A DNA stretch of 63,979 bases, counting the filler, from an uncultured Methanosarcinales archaeon (GTDB lineage: Archaea; Nanobdellota; Nanobdellia; Woesearchaeales; CAYXTQ01), in assembly GCA_964608065.1 (NCBI GenBank). It is 3 parts of 3 records of this genome, joined end to end, with 100 filler letters (N's around TTAATTAATTAA, not from the genome) between each part and the next. Parts side by side here need not be neighbours in the genome. Positions count along the whole stretch, not along the records: positions 1 to 24,101 come from CAZSMA010000008.1; positions 24,202 to 47,005 come from CAZSMA010000009.1; 1 more part is not named here. One strand, 5' to 3'. Position 1 is the stretch's first letter. Each line of letters starts with the position of its first letter. The notes under the pieces were generated by a model, which ran no database searches, was not told where the DNA came from, and saw only the letters and a list, made by a program, of their open reading frames with translations. The translations under genes were made by a program, and so were the position numbers. Positions 21,235 through 30,185 of the stretch are shown piece by piece.

Positions 21235-21423
21235 TTATTTTGGCCAATAAACCCAGCTAACAATCATAAAGAACATTGAGATAAATAACATTCCAAAAAC
21301 AATTATAAGGTTAAATCTAGCAGAACGTCCATAAGAATAACCTATAAAAAATAACAATAATATAGTTAGTATAGCAATTATAATTCCAATATGCTTTTTT
21401 ATAAAAACTAATGTATCAGCCAT
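21235..21423 (-). CDS. Small 2-TM protein
   Basis: Two hydrophobic helices, ATG start. Confidence 0.55.
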   Translation of the reverse strand: MADTLVFIKKHIGIIIAILTILLLFFIGYSYGRSARFNLIIVFGMLFISMFFMIVSWVYWPK

Positions 21424-21520
21424 AGTAAAAATTTTAATTTTCTATTTTATAAATCTTTTGAAATGAAAAAGTATTTATACTAGCAGCGCATAAAATAATA
21501 ATTATAGAGGTGATAGTCTA

Positions 21521-21604
21521 ATGGCAAAAAAGAAAGCAAAAAGAAAAATAACAAAAAAAAAAGTAACAAGAAAAAAAACGGCCAAAAGAAAAAAACGCCG
21601 ATAA
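21521..21604 (+). CDS. 27-aa Lys/Arg-rich peptide (not in ORF track)
   Basis: MAKKKAKRKITKKKVTRKKTAKRKKRR; GAGGTGA SD; followed by T-tract. Confidence 0.7.
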   Translation: MAKKKAKRKITKKKVTRKKTAKRKKRR

Positions 21605-21620
21605 TATCTCTTTTTTTTTA

Positions 21621-21653
<33 letters not shown>

Positions 21654-21676
21654 TTTAATTTCTGAGGTAATTTATA

Positions 21677-21745
21677 ATGGCTAAAAAAAAAAAAAAGGAA
21701 AAAAAAAAGAAAACAACAAAGAAAAAAGGTTGCTGTTGTTGTTAA
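21677..21745 (+). CDS. 22-aa Lys-rich peptide ending GCCCC (not in ORF track)
   Basis: MAKKKKKEKKKKTTKKKGCCCC; GAGGT SD; T-tract after stop; Lys count uncertain owing to A-runs. Confidence 0.6.
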   Translation: MAKKKKKEKKKKTTKKKGCCCC

Positions 21746-21870
21746 GTTTTTTTTTATTTTTTTATTTAATTCTAAAACCAAAACCAATGAAAATACTACG
21801 TATTTTTAAGGTTCCTATTTTGCTTCACAAAACAGATACCTTTAAATACTACATATGAATCCTTTTTCAT

Positions 21871-22176
21871 ATGAAATGTGCTTCATATAATCTGTTTTTT
21901 GACACTTTTAGTAATAAGACCAGGATGAAGATAATTGAAGCTCTGATCTATGGTCCTAAATCAGTTACTGAAATATCCAATCTAATCAAAGAAGAACAGA
22001 GCAAAGTAAGCCATAGCCTGAAAAAACTAATGGAATGCAATTTTTTAGATGTTGAAAGAAAAGGAAAAAAAAAGATTTACTCATTGAATAAAGACACTGT
22101 AATTCCAATATTAAATTTAGTTAAAAAACATGTTCACAAATATTGTGGGGAAACATGCAAAAAAAAATCTATCTAG
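21871..22176 (+). CDS. ArsR/SmtB family regulator
   Basis: FSNKTRMKII, SVTEI, QSKVSHSLKKL, HVHKYC C-terminal metal site. Confidence 0.88.
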   Translation: MKCASYNLFFDTFSNKTRMKIIEALIYGPKSVTEISNLIKEEQSKVSHSLKKLMECNFLDVERKGKKKIYSLNKDTVIPILNLVKKHVHKYCGETCKKKSI

Positions 22177-23309
22177 ACAATGCTGCAACAACTAAGACAG
22201 ATCCTGAGGTAGCTAAAGCTATGCAGCCATATTTCACTAAAGAATATGGAAATGCTTCTTCATTGCATTCTTTTGGACAAAAAGCAAAAGAAGCTCTGGA
22301 ACAATCCAGAGAAATCATAGCAAAAAAGATAAATGCTTTACCTGAAGAAATTATTTTCACAAGCTGTGGAACAGAATCTGATAATATAGCATTACAAGAA
22401 ACAGCATATCTAAACAGAGATAAATGCAATCATATAATAACTACAAAAATAGAACATCCTGCTGTTTTAGAAACATGTAAATTTTTAGAAAAAAATGGTT
22501 TTAAAGTTACATATCTTGATGTTGATAAAGATGGATTAATCAATCTAGAACAATTAAAGAAAAGCATAACAAAAGAAACAATTTTAGTCTCAATAATTCA
22601 TGCTAACAATGAAATAGGCACAATACAGGACATAAAAGCAATAGGAGAAATCTGTAAAAAACATAAAGTGTTATTTCACACAGACGCTGTCCAAAGCTTT
22701 ACCAAAGTTCAAATTGATGTTAAAAAGATGAATATCGATTTAATAAGCATGTCTGCTCATAAAATACACGGTCCAAAAGGCATTGCTGCTTTATACATAA
22801 GAAAAGGTACAAAAATACATCCTTTAATGCATGGAGGTCACCATGAATCTAATCTAAGACCAGGAACTGAAAATATTCCAGCTATTGTTGGTTTTGCAAA
22901 AGCAATTCAACTTACTAATGAACAACATATAAACTACATGACACAATTAAGAGATAAGTTAATCAAAGGATTATTAGAAATAAAAGATACTCATCTTAAT
23001 GGTTCTAAAACAAATAGATTATGCAATAATGTCAGTGTTTCATTTAATTTTATTGAAGGAGAATCTATACTATTACATTTGGATAATAAAGGAATTGCAG
23101 TTTCAACAGGATCTGCTTGTACATCTCAGAGCTTGCAACCAAGCCACGTTTTATTAGCAATAGGTTTAAAGCATGAGATAGCTCATGGCACAATAAGATT
23201 TAGTTTATCTAGGTATAACACTGAACAAGAAATAAACTATACAATAAAAAATATTAAAGAAATTGTTAAAAATCTAAGGAAGATGAGTCCTTTGTATAGG
23301 GGTGGTTGA
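22155..23309 (+). CDS. iscS: Cysteine desulfurase IscS/NifS
   Basis: YLDNAATT, HTDAVQ, SAHKIHGPKG, STGSACTS. Confidence 0.95.
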   Translation: MQKKIYLDNAATTKTDPEVAKAMQPYFTKEYGNASSLHSFGQKAKEALEQSREIIAKKINALPEEIIFTSCGTESDNIALQETAYLNRDKCNHIITTKIEHPAVLETCKFLEKNGFKVTYLDVDKDGLINLEQLKKSITKETILVSIIHANNEIGTIQDIKAIGEICKKHKVLFHTDAVQSFTKVQIDVKKMNIDLISMSAHKIHGPKGIAALYIRKGTKIHPLMHGGHHESNLRPGTENIPAIVGFAKAIQLTNEQHINYMTQLRDKLIKGLLEIKDTHLNGSKTNRLCNNVSVSFNFIEGESILLHLDNKGIAVSTGSACTSQSLQPSHVLLAIGLKHEIAHGTIRFSLSRYNTEQEINYTIKNIKEIVKNLRKMSPLYRGG

Positions 23310-23401
23310 AATGGATGTTTATTTAAATTTCATACATAGTAATTTTTTGCCCTTTTCTCAATTTAAATTTATTTTTCACACTAGAAATCATAATATCTAA
23401 A

Positions 23402-24100
23402 ATGAAAAAAAATTATAAAATTTCGAAAAGTGAACTTAAAAAATTATATGTAGATAAAAAACTTTCAATCAATCAAGTTGCTAAAAAACTTGGTCATAGT
23501 TATTGGTATGTATGGAAGAGTATGAAAAATTTTGGAATAAAAGCTAGGTCTTTGTCAGAAGCTAATACTCTAAATAATTTAAAAAGGAAAATTATTATTC
23601 CAAAGAAAAAACTAGAAGAACTATATCTTAAAAGAAAACTATCTGTATTGAAGATTGCAAAAATATATAATTGTCATCACAGTGTTATTAGTAGGAGATT
23701 AAAAGAAAACAATATTAAATCAAGAGATGCTGTAGAAGCTAATACAAAATACAAGAAAAAAAATTTTGATGGATCTCAAACGGATAAAGCATACTTATTA
23801 GGTTTTGCTTTAGGAGATTTAAATGTAAGAAAAATTAATGAAAGAGGCAGAACCCTAACTATACAATGTAATTCAACCATACCTGCACAAATAAATCTTG
23901 TTAAAAAATTATTCAAAAATTATGGTCCAGTTAAAATAAGAGATATTAAATCTGGGTTTGTGGAAGAAAAAAGGGCTACTATATATTTAAATGATTCATT
24001 TAATTTTTTACTATACAAACAAGATAAAATTCCTAGATGGGTATTATCAGACAAGGAAAATTTCTTTGCGTTTTTAGCAGGATACATAATTTTTGAATAA
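23402..24100 (+). CDS. HTH-repeat + LAGLIDADG homing-endonuclease-like protein, truncated at contig end
   Basis: Two LxxLY..KLS..IAK HTH repeats, AYLLGFALGD, second motif FFAFLAGY cut by contig end. Confidence 0.75.
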   Translation: MKKNYKISKSELKKLYVDKKLSINQVAKKLGHSYWYVWKSMKNFGIKARSLSEANTLNNLKRKIIIPKKKLEELYLKRKLSVLKIAKIYNCHHSVISRRLKENNIKSRDAVEANTKYKKKNFDGSQTDKAYLLGFALGDLNVRKINERGRTLTIQCNSTIPAQINLVKKLFKNYGPVKIRDIKSGFVEEKRATIYLNDSFNFLLYKQDKIPRWVLSDKENFFAFLAGYIIFE

Positions 24101-24101
24101 T

Positions 24102-24201
24102 NNNNNNNNNNNNNNNNNNNNNNNNNNNNNNNNNNNNNNNNNNNNTTAATTAATTAANNNNNNNNNNNNNNNNNNNNNNNNNNNNNNNNNNNNNNNNNNN
24201 N
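24102..24201. other. Artificial contig linker (N-run with TTAATTAATTAA)
   Basis: 100-nt N block with all-frame-stop spacer. Confidence 0.98.
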
Positions 24202-24221
24202 AATGATGGAATAAACACTAT

Positions 24222-24380
24222 TTTTGGGTCATCGTTGCTTATGTATACTGTTTTTCCATTATTTCTAGAGAAGAAGGTTTTGTGGATCGCGTATTTATCC
24301 ACTGTTGATGTATATAGATGTAAAATGCGCCTTGAGCCGTTAAGGCTCGAAAATATAGTGTTTATTCCATCATTATTCAA
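24222..24380 (-). CDS. Partial ORF downstream of gvpO (5' part only; possibly MEDS-like regulator)
   Basis: GGGGTGA SD then TTG; RILHLYTSTVDKYAIHKTFF; cut by contig edge; has an operator site upstream. Confidence 0.45.
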
Positions 24381-24514
24381 TATTATCACCCCTTTTAGTT
24401 TGACTGTGTCTATGCATTTTATAATATCGGATTACGTGTCGATATTCGATATTAATAAATTGAACTCGCTTAAATAAGTTTGGATGCTAGAAACTATACA
24501 TTAAAAAGTAAAGT

Positions 24515-24790
24515 CTATTCATCCTCCTTATGTTCTTCTTCCCCTGTATCGCCCTTTCGTTTAACTTTTATTCTTTTATAGCCTGAAAGAGTCTTATCGT
24601 TATTGAACTTAACCTCATATATTCCTATAATGTTCTGCGTGTCTGGAATTGCCTTCCTTTCTAACACTTCAACCTGTGCTAACCATCCATTCCCTTCTTT
24701 GTTCAATCTGGTAACACTTAAGGGTTCTTTTCCGACTAAGTTTTTAATTGTATCCTTTGCTTTTTTTGTTAATTCTTCAAAATCTGCCAT
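24515..24790 (-). CDS. gvpO: Gas vesicle protein GvpO (GvpO/GvpR family)
   Basis: GWLAQVEVLERKAIPDTQNIIGIYEV...YKRI..KRGD family motif; in gvpN operon. Confidence 0.9.
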   Translation of the reverse strand: MADFEELTKKAKDTIKNLVGKEPLSVTRLNKEGNGWLAQVEVLERKAIPDTQNIIGIYEVKFNNDKTLSGYKRIKVKRKGDTGEEEHKEDE

Positions 24791-24799
24791 CTTTGCCTC

Positions 24800-25159
24800 C
24801 TATGGAATAAAAATATGATCTTCTTCTAGATCCACTTTTTTCCCTTTCCATTCTTTTATGCCCTTCCTTAAATTATATTCTTCTGGATTTTTTACCTTAA
24901 AATAATATTTCAAAAACCTTGCAAGTTTTTCCCTTCTGGCATGACTTAGCCTGCTGGGCGTTTTCAAATTAAAAGTCCCATCAGGTTTTATGCAAGTAAA
25001 GAAGGTCTCCTCTATTTTTTTATCGCCTGCTTTAACGGTAACAATTATAACATCGGTATCATTAAATGCAAGCTGCTTCGGTTTCCTTTTCCACAAATCA
25101 AAAACATCATAAATCTTTGCATTCTGAATGACTGCTTGCTTTACCATCTTTTTGATCAC
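24800..25159 (-). CDS. Hypothetical protein between gvpN and gvpO
   Basis: ORF tightly spaced in operon with GAGGTGA SD. Confidence 0.7.
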   Translation of the reverse strand: MIKKMVKQAVIQNAKIYDVFDLWKRKPKQLAFNDTDVIIVTVKAGDKKIEETFFTCIKPDGTFNLKTPSRLSHARREKLARFLKYYFKVKNPEEYNLRKGIKEWKGKKVDLEEDHIFIP

Positions 25160-25174
25160 CTCTTTATTTTTTTT

Positions 25175-26185
25175 CTAATTTAGTTTTTTAATCTGTTCTT
25201 TTATAATGTTCCTTTTCTTTTCTACATCTTCAAAGTCTCTAAACTTAGAACCTATCGCATCAACGCATATCTGTTCAAAAAATTCTTTGCCGTGACCATT
25301 TGAATTTTCTAAGCTTTTAGCTATCATTATTGCAGGTCTTGTTCCAGGTTTCTCTGCACCATCTAAAACCTCTCTCAAGTTTCTTATAAGGCTGATTATT
25401 TTTTCTGCTTCCATATGGGAAACTTTACTATGGGCTTCAACAATTTTAACTTCTGTGTCCTTGTCATAATAATTCATATGTATAGCAGGCATCCTGTCCA
25501 GTAAAGCATCCTGCGGCTTATGCACACCAGCATACTCTACATTATTACTTGTCAATATGACATTAAAATCTGGATGAACTTTGACATACCTATCTTCTCC
25601 AAATTTAGTTGGCAACTCCAAAACCCCTTCTTCAAGTATTGAAAGCAAAACATTGTTTGCCTCTGGTTTTGTCCTGCTAAACTCATTATAGATCAACGTG
25701 TAACCATTCATACATGCCAGGGTTAATGGATTTGAAACCCACATAGGTTCAATTACATCCTTGTCTTTGTAAACATTATGGATATATTTATCTCTTAAAC
25801 TACTCATTTCAATTTTTGAATAGCCACCAATCAAATCTGTTGTAGTTATTGCTTCATCCCCATTTATCCATACTGCTGGCTTTCCAAGCTTCTCTGCCAC
25901 TCTGATAGCCAGAGCAGTTTTTCCACAACCAGTAGGACCAATGATATGAATAGGGTATCCAGCTTTAAGCCACATATCTACTCTGCCCATATAGGATTTT
26001 ACTGTTTCTGTTTCAACAAAATTTTGTGATTTAGGTGCTAAGAATTTAGCTTCAACACTCTCTTTTCTTTTTTCTTGCTTTTTCTCTTCTTTTGATCCTC
26101 TTGCTATTTCAGATTTTCTTTCTTCTAGGGTTCTATCGACTGCACCGCCCCTTTTTTTTCTACCATGTGTACTTATATATCCCAT
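25175..26185 (-). CDS. gvpN: Gas vesicle AAA+ ATPase GvpN
   Basis: GYPIHIIGPTGCGKT, NPLTLAC..GYTLIYNEFSRTKPEANNVLLSILEE, EYAGVHKPQDALLDR. Confidence 0.95.
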   Translation of the reverse strand: MGYISTHGRKKRGGAVDRTLEERKSEIARGSKEEKKQEKRKESVEAKFLAPKSQNFVETETVKSYMGRVDMWLKAGYPIHIIGPTGCGKTALAIRVAEKLGKPAVWINGDEAITTTDLIGGYSKIEMSSLRDKYIHNVYKDKDVIEPMWVSNPLTLACMNGYTLIYNEFSRTKPEANNVLLSILEEGVLELPTKFGEDRYVKVHPDFNVILTSNNVEYAGVHKPQDALLDRMPAIHMNYYDKDTEVKIVEAHSKVSHMEAEKIISLIRNLREVLDGAEKPGTRPAIMIAKSLENSNGHGKEFFEQICVDAIGSKFRDFEDVEKKRNIIKEQIKKLN

Positions 26186-26376
26186 TTTTTTTGTTCTCCC
26201 CCTGTTTTTGTTTAAAATATTTTTAGAGTAATTATCAAAAATTTAAACTCTAGTTGCTTTCTAAAAATTTTTAGATTTATAAACTCTTTTAGAATATCGA
26301 AACTCGACACGAAAAGTTACAGCAAGAAAAATGAATCCGAGATTAGAACTAAAAAATAAAGAAAGGAATAAAGTTT

Positions 26377-26712
26377 TTACTCTTTACCCTGACCAAAATA
26401 GAAATCCTTTGTATAAGCCTGGTTTGTTCTTCCCTGTTCTCTTATCACACCTTCTATCTTTTTTACGGCAGCGTCCACTTCTCTACCTTTTTGTGCTATT
26501 CCACTTTCTACTTTTTTAACTCCTGCGTCTATTTCTCTACCTTTTTGTGCTATTTTATCTCCTACTTTTTTAATGCCTGCTTCTATATTATGAATAGCTG
26601 CTGTATTAGTCTTCACTTGCTCTTTTATTGTTCCATGTATTCTACTTACAGCGGATCGCACTTCTGAACCTTTTCTTTCTATGGCATTGATTTTTTGTTT
26701 GACTGAAGCCAT
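26377..26712 (-). CDS. GvpC-like repeat protein
   Basis: Between gvpA and gvpN; amphipathic 18-aa repeats IAQKGRE(I/V)DA(G/A)VKK. Confidence 0.65.
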   Translation of the reverse strand: MASVKQKINAIERKGSEVRSAVSRIHGTIKEQVKTNTAAIHNIEAGIKKVGDKIAQKGREIDAGVKKVESGIAQKGREVDAAVKKIEGVIREQGRTNQAYTKDFYFGQGKE

Positions 26713-26780
26713 TTTTTATCATCTCCTTTTTTTTTATTTTTAATTGTTAAATATTATTCTTGTCCAAATTTAAAAAAAAT

Positions 26781-26799
26781 AGGGAGAGAAAAATCTCCC
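26781..26799 (-). terminator. Hairpin + T-tract after gvpA
   Basis: GGGAGA-gaaaaa-TCTCCC stem followed by T-run on minus strand. Confidence 0.55.
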
Positions 26800-26811
26800 T
26801 TAAAAATTTTT

Positions 26812-27036
26812 TTAAGCTTTAGCAGGTGCTGCTATAGCTGCTTGTTCGATCTTGGTGATCTCTTCTGCGTAGTGTAGGAATGTGTCTACTGATGCTACGA
26901 CTACTCTAGCTTCTATTGTTAGCAGTTCAATACCGACAAGTGAAACTCTTACCCATAGATCTACAACGATACCTTTGTCTAGAATCCTGTCAAGCACTTC
27001 TGCTAAACTGGATACGTCTGGTCCTTGGTTTACCAT
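26812..27036 (-). CDS. gvpA: Major gas vesicle shell protein GvpA
   Basis: [60 protein letters not shown]. Confidence 0.97.
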   Translation of the reverse strand: MVNQGPDVSSLAEVLDRILDKGIVVDLWVRVSLVGIELLTIEARVVVASVDTFLHYAEEITKIEQAAIAAPAKA

Positions 27037-27203
27037 GTTTATCAACCTCCGTTTTTTTATAAGTAGTGTGAACTACCATTAGTCTTTCATAAAGATTTAT
27101 TATGTTTATAAACCCTTTTGAGATATCAAAAGAAATGTCGAAAATCGACACAGGTTTAGGGATAGTAAAAACATATATAAAATACAAAAAGTTCTCTTCA
27201 AGG

Positions 27204-27965
27204 ATGGCAGAAAAAAACCTGGATGATAATTTAGAAAAGACGAAACTAGAATTTCTTAATATAGTATCTCATGAATTGAAAACCCCTCTAACTCCGATGA
27301 TAGCATACCTTGATTTACTGCTAAAAGGAAAGTTGGGCAAACTGACAAAACAACAGAGAGAAGCTTTGGAAACAGTTACAAAAAATACCAAACAATTAAG
27401 GCATTTAATCTGGGACATATTAGACTTAAGCAAACTTGAAGCAGGAAACATGAGATTTAACATGCGACAAATAGATCTAACAGAACTAATTAAAGAAGTT
27501 GTAAAAAACATGGAAACAGTTGCAAAAGAAAAAAGCATAATTATAGAACCAAAAATAAGACCCTTGCCGATAACAGAAGCGGACAGGGAAAGACTGACTC
27601 AAGTGATAACAAACTTAATAAGCAACGCTATAAAATTCACACCAAGAAAAGGAAAAATAATTATAGAAACAAAAAAAAGAGGTTACAGCCTAATGATATC
27701 AGTAAGCGATACAGGCATAGGCATACCAAAAAAACAATTGGACAATATATTCACTAAGTTCTTCCAAGTTGACAGTAAAACATCAAGGAAGTATCAGGGA
27801 ACTGGCTTGGGACTAACGATATGCAAGGGGATAATTAATGCGCATGGTGGAGACATTACAGTTGAAAGCACACCAAGAAAAGGGTCAACATTCCACATAA
27901 AACTGCCATACAAAAGCTTGGGAAAACCTACAGAACTATTCATGGAGGCGTTCAAAGAAAAATGA
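27204..27965 (+). CDS. Cytoplasmic histidine kinase (HisKA+HATPase, no sensor domain)
   Basis: SHELKTPL, NLISNAIKF, DTGIG, GTGLGL; divergent from gvpA. Confidence 0.92.
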   Translation: MAEKNLDDNLEKTKLEFLNIVSHELKTPLTPMIAYLDLLLKGKLGKLTKQQREALETVTKNTKQLRHLIWDILDLSKLEAGNMRFNMRQIDLTELIKEVVKNMETVAKEKSIIIEPKIRPLPITEADRERLTQVITNLISNAIKFTPRKGKIIIETKKRGYSLMISVSDTGIGIPKKQLDNIFTKFFQVDSKTSRKYQGTGLGLTICKGIINAHGGDITVESTPRKGSTFHIKLPYKSLGKPTELFMEAFKEK

Positions 27966-28798
27966 AACATAAAATAATGCACGTAGACGACAATAAGGAT
28001 ACCAGGGAAGCAGTAAAGCTAGTCTTGGAAAGCGAAGGTTATAAAGTTATAAGCGTGAACAACGGAAAAAGCTGCTTAAAAAAACTTCAAAAAGAAAAAC
28101 CAGATTTAGTACTTCTTGACATGATGATGCCTGACATGTCCGGATGGGATATTTTTCAGAAAATAACAAAAGATAAAATAAAAACAAAGGTGGCTTTTCT
28201 TAGCGTGATGTCAATCGAGGAAAGCAGGAAAAGAAACTTCTACAAAAGTGGAATAGCAGACTACATCTTAAAACCATTTATAACTGAAGATTTTATAAAA
28301 AGGATCAAAAAAATATTAACAAAACCAATAAAGGGAAAAAAAGTCAAGGGAAAATTAATAATAAAAGATTTTATAAAAAGGACGAAAACAAAAAATGAAG
28401 CGAGACTGCTAAGTGAAGTGATAACAAACATGCTAATACTTCAAACACTAAAAATGGACTATACTCCAGTGCAGAATATTTTAAGAAAGACGCTGGTAAA
28501 AATTAAAAAACTAATAAACACAGAATCAGTGTGCAGTTTCCTAACGGAAAAAGAAAGGAACTTAATCAAGATAGATGAAAATCTGAATGATTCGACAAAA
28601 AAAGAATTGGCTAATAGATTTAAAGTCATGGTAGGGTCAAGCGGGTTGTACAACATATTTCTAAATTGGGAAAAAAGAGGAATAATAGAAAGCGACACAG
28701 ACTACAGGGGGAAGCTGCACAAGATAACAAAAAGGGGTTGCAACGGAAGAAAGCTTCTGTTAGAATATCTTCTACAAAAGCATAAAAATTTATTGTAA
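27962..28798 (+). CDS. Response regulator: REC domain + PadR-like winged helix
   Basis: VDD, LLDMMMP, KPF; C-terminal SGLYNIFLNWEKRGII..HKITKRG. Confidence 0.85.
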   Translation: MKHKIMHVDDNKDTREAVKLVLESEGYKVISVNNGKSCLKKLQKEKPDLVLLDMMMPDMSGWDIFQKITKDKIKTKVAFLSVMSIEESRKRNFYKSGIADYILKPFITEDFIKRIKKILTKPIKGKKVKGKLIIKDFIKRTKTKNEARLLSEVITNMLILQTLKMDYTPVQNILRKTLVKIKKLINTESVCSFLTEKERNLIKIDENLNDSTKKELANRFKVMVGSSGLYNIFLNWEKRGIIESDTDYRGKLHKITKRGCNGRKLLLEYLLQKHKNLL

Positions 28799-28803
28799 AA
28801 ATT

Positions 28804-29043
28804 ATGAGACTGCATATCAGAAGGGGTATAGAACTACAAAAAGAAGAGAAAGAAATTCTAGAAAAAGAAAAGGTAAAACCAAAAAAGAAAAAAACTAAAA
28901 AAGTTGTTACAAAAAAAACTGAACTAGTAATAGATTCTATAATGGACGATTTTAAATCAATAAGAGGAGAGAGAATTACCGACGAGCAAATAGAAACGGA
29001 ATTAGAAAAGATTGGAAAATTAAAATATAATGATACGGATTAG
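28804..29043 (+). CDS. Hypothetical charged protein
   Basis: 79 aa ORF co-oriented with the two-component genes. Confidence 0.55.
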   Translation: MRLHIRRGIELQKEEKEILEKEKVKPKKKKTKKVVTKKTELVIDSIMDDFKSIRGERITDEQIETELEKIGKLKYNDTD

Positions 29044-29121
29044 ATTTCTTTTTATAACTACATTTAAACACGACAATACACAAAACTTTAAATATTTATA
29101 AATTCTAGGTTTATATCGAAA

Positions 29122-29871
29122 ATGGTGACGAAAATAGTTGTTTCAAATCAAAAAGGTGGTGTAGGCAAAACCGATTTGTGTGTTAACCTCGCAACTGCTT
29201 TGGCAAGCAAGAACAAAAAAGTTCTACTAATTGACATGGATCCTCAAAGTAACGCAACAGATTACGTACTTTCTGAAAAACCAGAAAAAACGGTTTACAA
29301 CCTTTTGACTGAGGATGAGATATATGCAGAAGATATCATACAAAAAACAGGTGTTAGAAACCTAGATATCATGCCTTCAGATCCAAGGCTGAGCGCAACA
29401 CAAGTAATGTTAGCAAATGATGTTCGTATGCAATTCAAGCTAAAACGAAAAATAAGTGACTTAGAAGGTTATGACTATATTTTCATCGACACTCCACCTT
29501 CAGTAGGTCTACTAACGCTTAACGCATTAACAGCCGCTGATAAGGTATTGATACCAATACAGACGCATTACTTTGCAATGGACGGAGTAGCAAACCTGAT
29601 AAAAACAATCGATGCTGTAAAGGAAGACATAAACCCTGGACTAGAATTTGGTGGTGTCGTGTTAACGATGTACGACAGAAGAACTAAATTATCTGCTGAA
29701 GTTACAAAGGCGGTCAAAGAAGCATTCAAGGATAAAGTTTTCAGTACAATAATACCAATAAACGTGAAACTAGCAGAATCACCAAGCCATCATAAACCTA
29801 TAGCCTATTATGCTTCATGGAGCACAGGCGCAAAAGCATATGAAAAGTTGGCAGAGGAATTCATGCGATGA
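29122..29871 (+). CDS. parA: ParA/Soj family ATPase
   Basis: NQKGGVGKT, IDMDPQ, IDTPPS, LAESPS. Confidence 0.93.
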   Translation: MVTKIVVSNQKGGVGKTDLCVNLATALASKNKKVLLIDMDPQSNATDYVLSEKPEKTVYNLLTEDEIYAEDIIQKTGVRNLDIMPSDPRLSATQVMLANDVRMQFKLKRKISDLEGYDYIFIDTPPSVGLLTLNALTAADKVLIPIQTHYFAMDGVANLIKTIDAVKEDINPGLEFGGVVLTMYDRRTKLSAEVTKAVKEAFKDKVFSTIIPINVKLAESPSHHKPIAYYASWSTGAKAYEKLAEEFMR

Positions 29872-30185
29872 ATGAAGGCAGCAAAAGGTTAGGGGGAAAT
29901 CCTTTAAGTTCTTTAACAAACGAAGAGAAAGGAGAGTCTTCAAAGATATTAAGGGATAACCTGATAAGCTATAAAGCCAGGAAGAGATGTGTGCATCTGA
30001 AATATTCTGAGAATTATGAGCAGCATCAATGTGATAGCCCAAGATCCAGACAAAGAGGATTGCTAGGTAAAGATTGGATGGATAAATGCAGGCAGTGTCA
30101 TGTAAAGATTCTAGATGATAAAGAACCTGAGTCTCAAAATAGGGCTAAGCCTGGAATGATAACTAAGATTCTGAGCATACGGTGA
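29868..30185 (+). CDS. Putative ParA partner protein
   Basis: ATGA overlap with parA; N-terminal KRLGGNPLSSL; Cys/His residues. Confidence 0.6.
   Translation: MNEGSKRLGGNPLSSLTNEEKGESSKILRDNLISYKARKRCVHLKYSENYEQHQCDSPRSRQRGLLGKDWMDKCRQCHVKILDDKEPESQNRAKPGMITKILSIR

Noticed and set aside
23908..24101. 17-bp inverted repeat (23908-23924 vs 24085-24101) creating the stop of the LAGLIDADG ORF
   Set aside because: Contig-end fold-back artefact; the stop is probably not real
24102..24201. TTAATTAATTAA palindrome within N-runs (also 47006-47105)
   Set aside because: Artificial concatenation linker; adjacency across it has no biological meaning
24202..24374. Perfect 20-bp inverted repeat (24202-24221 vs 24355-24374), MITE-like
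   Set aside because: One arm is the extreme contig end; the same fold-back pattern occurs at the end of contig 1, so it is a library or amplification chimera
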